A stretch of 64,000 nucleotides of DNA from an uncultured virus (IMG/VR IMGVR_UViG_3300032608_000348) (lineage: Duplodnaviria; Heunggongvirae; Uroviricota; Caudoviricetes), in the IMG/VR virus record IMGVR_UViG_3300032608_000348. One strand, 5' to 3'. A model generated the notes under the pieces. It did no database searches, had not been told where the DNA came from, and saw only the letters and a list, made by a program, of their open reading frames with translations. Positions within the stretch are counted from its first letter, which is position 1, and each line of letters opens with the position of its first letter. Of the stretch, positions 54,395 through 64,000 are shown piece after piece. Both the position numbers and the translations under genes were made by a program.

Positions 54395-57300
54395 TTATCC
54401 CCTCCCAATCCTCCATCGGCGCAAAAGCATTGACCATTTGTTCAATGCGCTCTTGCTCCTGCTCTTGTTTTAGTTTCAGCAGTGCCTCTCTGCATTCTTC
54501 TGCGAAAACCAGCAGGGCGTGAACCCACGCCCCTGGCTTGAAAAGCACAATTGTTACAGGCCAACAATGTGACGTAGAGACAGCCCCGGAACTTTTTCTC
54601 CACGCCTTGTAGACAGGCACGCTGTCACCGTGGCCTACAAGAAGACGCACGGTGACAGCTTCCTGATATGGGCCTCGCACAATTGTCAGTTGCAATTCTG
54701 GTGTGCCGGCCCTGGCATGGAAAAAGCTTTGCTCGCCATCGGCCAGACTGGCACCAGCATTAGTTACGTGGACCATCCACTCTATACAGCGCCGAACCGC
54801 CCTGTCAATCCCCAGTTCTTTTGCTAATATCCGGCTTTGCGCCCTAAGCGCTTCTGCTTCTTGCTTATTCATCTGTTTCCTCCCTCAAATCACTCCAGCG
54901 CTGGAGTGATTCCTCAATAGCACCCTGTTCATCCATGTCTTCCAGATGGGCTTCTGCCCACGTCTCCAGCCCCAGCGCCTCTCTCAAGTCATCTACCAAC
55001 TGGTCAAGGCGCTCAAATGAAGCGTCACTAATCCCTGGGTCATCGTCGAGGACATACAAGCTGCGCAGACATAAGGATTCCAGCTTTGTTATTCTTTGCT
55101 GGAGGGCACTAGGCATTGCGCGCCCAATCCGAGAAAAGCTCCTGCATAACGTAAAACGTGTACACGCCCAAAACAAAAGCGGCAGGGTCCCGCCCGTCAC
55201 AGAAATGGAACATGGCCAGCCCCACCGCTGCTGGAAGAGCAAGCCCCAAGGCCGTTTTCCTAGCACCTTTGCCCAACACCAATCCCCAGTAGCGCCGCCC
55301 TTTGATTCTGGCGTAGCCCCCATTCTCAAACATTGCTGCTGTTTCCTTGTCATTCGTCGATACTTGCAGGCCATCTTTCTCTAGGTAAATCATTCTTTCG
55401 TCTCCTTTTCGTTTGCCTTTTCCGTAGCCGCTACTTTCCCTGAATCATAGTAATTCAAACAGCCTGTGCACCGATAGTATTTTGTCCCGCCTTTATGAAG
55501 AGCATCATACCAATAGAACTTGTTCTCTTGACCACATTCAGGACACTTCATGCCCTGTCTCCTTTTTATTTGTGCCGCTTTCAGTTTCAACAGGCGCTAG
55601 GCATGTTCTAGCGGAAGCAGAACAGGGAACACGCCACCAGACAGTATCATCTCTATAGTGCGCTGTAATGGTACCATCTTTATTAACCCGAACTCGTTTG
55701 CCACACCTAGGACATTTCATGCCCGTCTCCCTTAAAGATACGCGCAAATGCTTCTGGTGACAACAACTTTTCAATTTCATCCATTGCTTCATCGGCGCGT
55801 TCTGGGTCTGACATTGCATACCACGCCAGCGCGTTGGCAGCGATTCTCACTGCCGACTCGGCCTCACACCATGATTGGCGCTCGTGACCACATTGCCTGA
55901 TAAGTTCTGCGTTTAGTTCTTCAGCACGATGCGCCGCTGCCATTGCTACCTCTGCCGCGTCACGAGCGCCTTGCCAGCTTTGGCAAGCAGATTCTAAGCA
56001 TTGTTCCAATTCCTTCATCTCGGCCTGGTAGCTTGTAGCCCACGACCGCCACAGGACTACCTCCAATTCTAGCTTCTCAATCCGTTGCGTACAAAGGTCA
56101 TTTTGGTCACTCAATAGTGCCTCTGTGCTCATTGTTCCTCCTTGGATTCTACTTCGGCCCATCAACTTGTTCTTATCTTACCACATTATTGCGCCGTTGT
56201 CAATACTTTTCACGCTGCGGGTATCTTGCCGCAGTTCTCACCGTCAATTTCATTGTCTGGGCCATAGCGTCGTTCTCGCGCCATTGCCACGCTTTTTGCC
56301 AGCCGATTGCTTATTTCCGCAGAGTATTCAGCAAGTGTCCATCCCCCGTCACTAAAAATGCTCTCCGCGTTCTCAATATACGCTCGGCATATTTCATCAT
56401 TGTAGCACGCGGCATCCCCAGGCCAGATAGCATCTATCGCCTCGCCAAGCTGTTCAAAGGTCCACTTGTCCATTTCATCTCCTCCAATTATTGCCACGTT
56501 TCCTCCCACTAACTAGTAAAGACCTGACGGGTCTCCACCTTCTGGAATTCCTTTCCTGTCATTGTAAATCAGGTTTTCACCCACGCAATCTTCATTGTGG
56601 CAAATGTACAGACGGTACTCAAGTTTGCCTGTAGTTCTATTTACGATATTATCCAGCCAATCCATTTCCTCACCACATTCAGGACATTCCATTTTGTCCA
56701 TCCCCCATCGCATCCAGCACCTCCCCAAATATTTCCTCAAACCCGCACAGTGGGTATCCAATGTCACGGTAGAATTGCATATATTCTCCGAGGCTGAATT
56801 CACCTTGGTTATACGCCCGCGCCATATCATTCAAATCTATTCGGCCCCAAATCCACCGTGCCAATGGGCTTGCTTTGTATCTGAGCACGCCGTCAACCTC
56901 TACTATCTGGTGACTAGTCAGTCCCACCTGGAACCGCGCCCATTCTGGAATTTCAATTCTTGCCATGTGCCACCATCCTCAATTTCTATCCAGCGCTAGA
57001 GTGATTTGCGTCTCACAGCGCATCATGAGACTGCTTGAACGCTATCCCCGCCTCAATCATCTCTAGCGCCCAAGTGTAGAGCAAGCGGAATTCCTGCGTC
57101 TCGTTTTTTGTCAGCGCAGGCATCGGTGTCATAGCAAGAATTAAAAGACGCCTCAGTGCTGCTGTGGGCCATGTGTTACCCCAACATGCCTGTAGTTCGC
57201 GCAGCAGTTCCTCAATTGTCATTTTCAGTCCCCCTCTTTGCTCTGTCATTACTTGGCAAGAACTGGTCAGTGACCAATTTGATGACTACAACTGCGCACC

Positions 57301-59875
57301 CGTCCCGACCATTCATAACATCCTCAATCATGTGTTCGTCACAAAAAGAATTGTATATGCCACTAAAACCTTTGTACCACACATGCCACCGCGCAGGGCC
57401 ATCGCACTCCAAGCAGTTCAGGCTATGTGTCATTTCTCTCCAATTGCTCATATTCTGAATATAGGGATGCCAGGCGCTTCGCGGAGCAGTAGCAAGACCA
57501 AAGAGCACCCACTACACCGCTAATCATAAGCACAACATAGGGCGGCCAGTCTGACTTGCAATAGGCCACCCCAAGAACACCTCCTATAACGCCCCCAACA
57601 AAGAATTCCCATTGTATATCACTAAGTATTTGTTTCACCGTTCTCCTCTCACCCCCACATACTTGAAAGCCACCATCTGGGCTTGTCTTCTGCCTCAATG
57701 TTATGCTCTTCACAGAAATTAACCAACAAATCACGCTCCTCCTGCGTAATGACCATCTCACTTGGCGTTATCTCTTCTGGATAGCCACGGGATGCAACCT
57801 TGACGGTCCTGGGCACAGCCAATATGTACATTGGAAAATCATAACTGCAATGGAGTACTAATGCAATCGGAAGCGCAGGACGTGACTCTTTGAAATCATG
57901 CCACAATTGATAATACTCAGCAATTCTCTCTCTAGAAGGACAGATACCTTCCAAATACTCGCCATCAGCGTCAAATATCTCAAAGGGGCGCTGGTATCCT
58001 TGTACTGCATAAATCCACCAATCTTCTATATCCCCGTCGTACTCATCCGAATCCCAAGGGAACGTTGCGCCTTCCTCATTAAACGCAATCCCAAAGCAAA
58101 TTTGTCCATCTGTTGAAACACCCATTATTCTCTCCTTTCAATACTCACGGTCATAGTGCCAATCTGACGTATCCTGTGCCGCATCAGCAATCACGGCTTG
58201 CGCCTCTTTCAACTGTTTCTCAAGCTCCTCTATCCGCACCCTTGCCACTGCCAATGCCATCTCTGCCTTGGCCCAGGCTTCCTCAAGCAGCGTTTCTCTT
58301 TCCACCTCTTGCTCAAACTCCTCTGTCCTCTGCGCCACCTCTCTTGTGGTGGATTCGTTTATCTTTGACATTTTACTCCCTTGTTATCTCTTCTGTGTTC
58401 AAGTCTACTACCATCCCAACCTCAAAGGCGTTGTAGCCCTTCTCAGTCGTGATTGCCACTGAAACAACGACCTCGTAGTTGTGGCGTGTTCCGCGCACCC
58501 GCCAACCAAACACTGCTGCTGGCACGCCCTCTTGCTGCTCTATGGCGGCTCGTGCCGCTTCAACAATCTTGTCACTCAGTTTCATCACACCTTCGCCGCC
58601 CGTAGTCGCAAAAAGCGCGGCCGCGGCTCTATTCGCAAAAAGCGCACACGCGGCCCTATCTGGGCTGACGGATTGCCCGGATTGGAGACATTGGGAAACG
58701 TATTTGCTCGTGTGCCCAATCCCGTGCGCCCTCGTTTCTATGTGATAGCAGTCATTGCAGGTTGCACTCACTCGTCACCTCCTCAGTGTTGTATCAGTAA
58801 CCCCATCTAATGCTATTCTACCACATCATTGCGCCTGTGTCAATGCTTTCGCCACAGCATTTTGCCCTTCCACTACTTGGTCCCACCTGTCACATATTTC
58901 CAGCATTTCATCATCGTGGTCTCCGTCCCACCATCCAAGTTCTTCGCAGTGTTGATACATAGCGTTGATTTCTGCAACGAGTTCAGGGGGACCAGCCAGC
59001 GCCTTCTGTGGCTCTGCGTATGCAGCCCCACCTCCCTCAACGAGTAGCGTGCCTGCGGGGAATTCATCGCGCCAGACCTGAAGGGCCTTGGATACCACAT
59101 CGCTTTCCAGGTGAAACGATATAGAATCGTCACCAGCACTATACAAAGTAAATCCTCTCTGTTGATTGATAGTAGCCGCCTCAGTAGCACTGAGTTGTCT
59201 CATAACATCAATGTGCTCATCACCACATCTCAATCTGCCATAGTAATGCTGGCCCAATCCCAGAAAACGGTATGAACTGATTGTCAAGTATACAATCATA
59301 CATCTCCTTTTCACTTGCCCTATCCCTACCCGTCCAGAACACAGGGTATGTGTGTCCCAGCAGTGAAGGGAGCATATATATCGAGATTCTGGCCAGTAGG
59401 GAACGGTGATGTGCCCCCTCACGTAATGAAAACCTGTCCAACGCTGGACTGCTTAGCACGCCTGTTCTAATGAGACGGCAAAAACAAGTGGAATCTTAAA
59501 CCCATCAGGCTGTTGTCCCGCCCTAAAGCCTGGAGTCCCTACAACGATATGAGAGTTTTCATCACTCGTGCAAAACACAAAGGCAAATAAATACCTGTCC
59601 AAATCTACATCGTCATCACCGCCGCCATACGCGATTTTCTCACCAAGATAGCAGATTCTGTCTGTGTGTGTACTCTTTGCCATTTCCTCTGCCCTACAGG
59701 CTACAATGATTCTCCGGCCTGGAAAGCAATTGTCCAGAGAGGATACCAATTCGTGAGTGTGTTTGCCGCCCATTTCCCAATTAGGCGGCAATCCTTCCTC
59801 ATAACCTAATGCCAGTCTCATGGTTGAGATTGCTCTTGCACAACAGTTGTTGTCACTCGCCTGTGCTATTTTCAT
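54387..59875 (-). other. Cluster of about 17 small co-oriented hypothetical phage genes, several starting M(K/E)CPxCG
   Basis: Tightly packed ORFs with RBSs (e.g. 54387-54872, 55109-55393, 56679-56966, 57649-58125, 58138-58371, 59453-59875); promoters at 56175-56203, 58815-58843 and 59932-59960. Confidence 0.65.
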
Positions 59876-60797
59876 TTGTCAATCTTCCTCTGGCGTCCCA
59901 TCCTCTTTGATTGGTTTGTCCACCTGATGCTATCATACCACACGCTGCTAGCTTTGTCAATACTATGTGTTACACCAGTTTTTGTTACCGCTATGGGGTT
60001 TCAACCCCTTGTGCACGCCGCGCGTCGCGCCAAGTTTTTTGGGCCACACCCCTGTGGCGGCAAGAAGGGTTGCAATCGCGCTGGCCACAAGGATTGCGGT
60101 ATGGCTCGGTCGCTATCATTGCGACTACCGCCCTTGCTATGGCAGGGAGAGCAACAGCGATTGCGACTGTGGCTGCTACTGCAACGCAAGTCAACTTCTG
60201 ACTACATTGTTTATGTCAACCAGACTGTAAACTGGCGCAAGACCACTGCCAAGGGCAATAGAGATGTTGGTGTAGCAATGACACCAACTACCGCTGCCAA
60301 CCTGGTTGCAGACGTAGCCAGGCCACCAGGTTAGAATTTAGTGTATGCGTGACACTAAGCCTATCAGTAGCCACAACGTGTTTTGCAAAAGGCTTGCGCA
60401 TAGTGATATAAGCACATGCAATTGCTAGCAAATTAAGGCTATTGGCACCAACAGCTACACAATAGCCTACACGTTAACGTTTAAGGGCGCTTTTTGTGGC
60501 CTGTTTCTAACACGGTAGCGTCTATTCAACAAACTGCATATACTCTTACACGGTAACGGATAAGAACTGGACAAAGCGACGGTAGAATTTGGCAAACTGC
60601 AATGAGACATTGCCAAGATTGCGACGGCCGGTGCAATAGAATGTTGCAAGGCACAAGGCACAAGGGTGCTGGCAAGGGCTGTAGGGCCACAAAGAGGGCG
60701 CTTCTGCAATGCTTTATTGCAAGGCGGTGACAATCAAAGTGGTATTGACAGCAACCTTAAGGCTGGCAAGTGACACGCTTTCCTTAAGGTTAGGCTA

Positions 60798-60825
60798 TTG
60801 ACAAAGCGCAATAATGTGCTACACT
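60798..60825 (+). promoter_or_regulatory. Sigma70-type promoter
   Basis: TTGACA-N16-TACACT with TG extension. Confidence 0.65.
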
Positions 60826-60829
60826 TAAG

Positions 60830-61385
60830 TTGAAGGTGAAGGAAGGAAAGACAGGAACTTAAAAACTAGAAATAGAAAAACTCAAAACTCTCAAGATAGG
60901 GAGAGGCGAACAGCCAAGGACCCGGGGCTCGCAAGAGAAGAGAAAAGGTAAACGAAGGGGAGGCTAACCGAAGGGGAGAGCAGAGAGGAATAAAATAACC
61001 GCAAGGCCGACAGACAGAGACGATGGAAGCGATTGGCCCGGAGACTTGGCGGTGACCTGAAAACTGGGAGAGACGCGCTGGCAACAGTGGAAACCTCTAC
61101 CACCTAGTAAGAGAGCCAAGCAGCGTAACATACAATCGCGGATTCACCTGGGATAGGCCGACAGCGAGTAGCGAGAGAGTGAAGACAGGCAAACTCATTA
61201 CACTATTGTAACGGAGCTCAACTTGACATACTCCACACAATAGGAACGCAGAATGAGCGAGTTTGATTTCACTTTGGCGCACACAAACGAAGAGGCGACA
61301 ATTCCTGTAAAATAATAGACACAGGGGCAAGTCAAGCCAGGCTTGCATAGTTTGTGTGCAGCAAAGTGCGATCAAGCACTTGAGC
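60830..61385 (+). ncRNA. Candidate large structured RNA or leader
   Basis: About 550 nt with no plus-strand ORF; purine-rich; GCAA tetraloops; long-range stems. Confidence 0.4.
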
Positions 61386-61420
61386 AAAAAACAGAATCAC
61401 AATCACATAAGGAGACGAAA

Positions 61421-61732
61421 ATGACAAGGAATAAGAGACTACTTCTGTTGAGCGTAGCACTATTGGCAATCGGACTGGGTAACGGCGCGTGCGGCGCGTC
61501 TGATGACTTGACAGTTGAGGCGGTAGTTGAGCACCAGACCGAGTCTGCGGAAAGCGGTGTAGAATGCGAGTACACGTTTATATCAACAGAGATAAGCGTA
61601 CGGCTAGCGCATTATCGTATCTGCGAAGATGACGATAATGACAAGCGTTTGGCCGCTTTGCAGAACGCTATAGATGATTGCGTGAAGGTGTGCGCTGATA
61701 ACGCTGATTGCTTGGCGCAATGTGGCAAGTAG
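61421..61732 (+). CDS. Putative lipoprotein or secreted Cys-rich protein
   Basis: TAAGGAG RBS; signal peptide ending GACG. Confidence 0.55.
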   Translation: MTRNKRLLLLSVALLAIGLGNGACGASDDLTVEAVVEHQTESAESGVECEYTFISTEISVRLAHYRICEDDDNDKRLAALQNAIDDCVKVCADNADCLAQCGK

Positions 61733-61791
61733 TATATACACCGCCTGCGTGAGAGATTGCGCAGGCGGTACAGATCACAGGAGAGGATAAA

Positions 61792-62136
61792 ATGACACAT
61801 GCCATAGCACGTGCGTTACAAAGGTGTAACCCTTGTGCTTTCGGCCTAACAGCGGAAAGCGCAATCAGGAAAGCACAAAGCACAATCGCAAGGCTGGCAA
61901 GTGAAAGGCCGGAACTTAGAGAATATTTGCTGATTGTCGCAAAGAGCAACAGGGTTGTAGCGGATAACGAAAAAGGATCACGCCGTAGCAATGGCGATCT
62001 GCTATGCGCAATTGTGCGCAATCGCAATGGTCGGCGAGTGATTGCTACAATGATACTCAGGCGCTCGTCACAGCCTACACGACTTGACGGATTGCGCTAT
62101 GTTATAGTGCAAGGCAATCAAGTCATTATTCTATAA
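61792..62136 (+). CDS. Hypothetical protein
   Basis: GAGGA RBS; THAI.R..QR start. Confidence 0.6.
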   Translation: MTHAIARALQRCNPCAFGLTAESAIRKAQSTIARLASERPELREYLLIVAKSNRVVADNEKGSRRSNGDLLCAIVRNRNGRRVIATMILRRSSQPTRLDGLRYVIVQGNQVIIL

Positions 62137-62335
62137 AGGGGAGGTATAAAATGGGAAGCAAAGAAGCATCAAAAAAGTACCAGGAACGGCAACGGGAAAT
62201 ATATGCAAAGTTGGAGTGCATCAAGGTTTCGCTTGAGAATCATCAAGAAGTTGCTGCCACGGTGCATTATGGGCACGTTGGAGACATGGCGTATGTCAGT
62301 GGGCAACTTGATGAAATACTGACCTTTCTGAGAGT

Positions 62336-62860
62336 GTGAGAAGCATAATGCTAACATACAATCAGATTAGGAAACTGGCAAGGGCGTACTCGGACAAGCA
62401 AATGCTCAACAAAGATATGCGCTTGACACAGGGTGCTGGATGGTGGTCAAATGGCTTTGTCATGTTCCTGGAAAAAGAGCCAAAGAACAAAAGCGACAAG
62501 TGTGAGGTCGCAGACGGGAAACAAGAACACCTTGACGACGTTATGCGCCAAGCGGAAGGGAGTGAGCAAGCGTGGCCAGTGGAGATGCGCGCGCATGGCG
62601 ACAGACGAATAAAGGCGTTTGTGCGATTTGAGACGATGGATGGGCAGCCCAATGTCATACTCAAGGACAATGCTTTTGCCGTTATGGAACTGGCAATCCA
62701 TGAGATGGCGCATTACAGCGAAGCAAACCATAGCGCGCCTTACGAGAGCGCAAGATTTGAAATTGCCCGCAAGGTTGGCGTGGCGGCTCCTGCAATCCTG
62801 GCAACAATTGTCAATCTACAGGCAAGGCCAGCAAAGCGGGGGCGCTACTGGGAAAACTAG
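62336..62860 (+). CDS. Hypothetical protein with HExxH motif
   Basis: IHEMAHY. Confidence 0.5.
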   Translation: MRSIMLTYNQIRKLARAYSDKQMLNKDMRLTQGAGWWSNGFVMFLEKEPKNKSDKCEVADGKQEHLDDVMRQAEGSEQAWPVEMRAHGDRRIKAFVRFETMDGQPNVILKDNAFAVMELAIHEMAHYSEANHSAPYESARFEIARKVGVAAPAILATIVNLQARPAKRGRYWEN

Positions 62861-63007
62861 GGAAAAGGGCAGGGTAGTACCTGCCCGATCATGGGCCTCG
62901 GCCGGACCACTGCCAGTCCACATCTACAGCCACGGGCAGTCGGCAGGGTAAAACCTGCCTGATCAAATGTAGTATATGATACTACAAATTCACAAAGAGG
63001 AGACAAA

Positions 63008-63870
63008 ATGACACCAGAAGAAAAAAGAGAAAAGTACTCGGGCGTCAAGGTGACGCTTGACGGTCAAGCAGCAGAAATTATCGGATACCGCCACAAGTTT
63101 GCGGCAGTCGCAACCTTGCCCACTGGCGCGGCTTACCAGTGGACATGGGACGCTGTTGAGCTCGTCGTGAGCAAGGGCGGAGATTTTCGGAGTTAGTCAA
63201 GAATCCAAAAGGAGAAAAATGACAGGATATGAGTTAATCAAAAGAATCAACAAAATGGCAAAGAGTCCAGTGCAATATAGGGCAAACTGGAAAAAGCCTG
63301 CGGAGAGAATAGCAGGTCAAGTTGAGGATATAATCAGCAGACTGCGCGCGTTTGCCAATCACCACAAAGAGGGTTGTGTTGCTGACCGCTGCAACAGTGT
63401 GGCGGCCGACCTGGAAGCCAAGCTACAAGAATCCATGGCACAATTCTAAGGAGAGGAGGTCAAGATGACTTGGCAAACAAGGAAACTGGGATATGGGACG
63501 GATGTACCGTTGGAAGACTGGCACATTGTTACAGAGAAATTCTTTCGATGCAATATGGGACGCAAGCGCACACACATCAAAGCGGACTTGCTGGCATTTC
63601 TTGAAACCCATCCTGGCACTGCATTCAAAACACTATTCCGAGAATTCAGGTTTATGTCTTTCCCAAAGGGAGGAAGCAATGAGTCGGGATAACCTACGAC
63701 AGAAACAGGATAGAATCCTGGAACTTGTGGACAGTCTAGGGATAAACAGGAACTTGCGCATATCCTCAGATTTTCCTGGCTCCCCGCAGGTCTGGGAGTT
63801 GGCGCATTTCGTTTTTCCAGAATGGGAAGCTGCCATAAATGCAACATTGCGTTACCTTGAGCAAAAGTAG
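63008..63870 (+). other. Four small hypothetical genes
   Basis: 63008-63196, 63219-63449, 63465-63692, 63679-63870 with GGAG-type RBSs. Confidence 0.6.
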
Positions 63871-64000
63871 GCAAAAGTCCAAAAAGGAGAGAATAAAATG
63901 ATTACAAAGGCACAGTTGCAGGAAATCCAAATCGGTCAGCGCATCGGGTCAGTGACGGCTCCATGGTTTTTTCCCTCCCCTGGGTTGTGCGAAAGAGAGG

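Larger units (their letters stand above)
3832..59455. repeat. Dispersed 26-bp palindromic repeat family (11 copies), consensus AAATCWVTCCAGCGCTGGABWGATTT
   Basis: Copies start at 3832, 13971, 21298, 26601, 31528, 39810, 42776, 49352, 54887, 56982 and 59430. Confidence 0.8.

Noticed and set aside
59876..60334. Ala/Thr-rich ORFs on both strands
   Set aside because: No RBS, overlap with a promoter and low complexity; more likely by-products of the repetitive non-coding region.
1..64000. CRISPR array or cas genes
   Set aside because: No regularly spaced direct repeats; the palindrome copies are kilobases apart; no Cas motifs seen.

Overview
A 64 kb segment of a large tailed phage genome, possibly a phage-plasmid. 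The host may be a Chloroflexota bacterium, which is an inference from protein content. From 0.9 to 24.2 kb (minus strand) lie the small and large terminase and a portal-MuF fusion gene, embedded in a roughly 20 kb cluster of glycosyltransferases, nucleotide-sugar enzymes, methyltransferases and three sulfotransferases. From 24.3 to 34.4 kb (plus strand) are an array of multibranched RNA-like folds, small genes, recA and a multi-domain putative cell-envelope hydrolase. From 34.4 to 39.6 kb (minus strand) is an array of 28 tRNAs, two D-arm-rearranged tRNA-like genes and four HNH endonuclease genes. From 39.9 to 48.1 kb are an FtsK/membrane-protein cluster, ParM-ParR, an XRE regulator and a ThyA-like gene. 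From 48 to 60 kb (minus strand) are an SNF2 helicase-DNA methylase fusion with an intein, Gp37/Gp68, an HNH gene and many small ORFs. The last 4 kb hold a divergent non-coding region, a candidate large ncRNA and small genes. The most notable observations are: (1) an intein whose DUF559/Vsr-like endonuclease is a nested gene in the +1 frame with its own Shine-Dalgarno; (2) an array of tRNA-like or multibranched RNA domains; (3) two rewired tRNA(UCU)-like genes; (4) a sulfated/methylated glycan pathway inside the packaging module; (5) an 11-copy 26-bp palindrome found mostly at gene junctions. All calls come from reading motifs by eye; no searches or folding programs were run.
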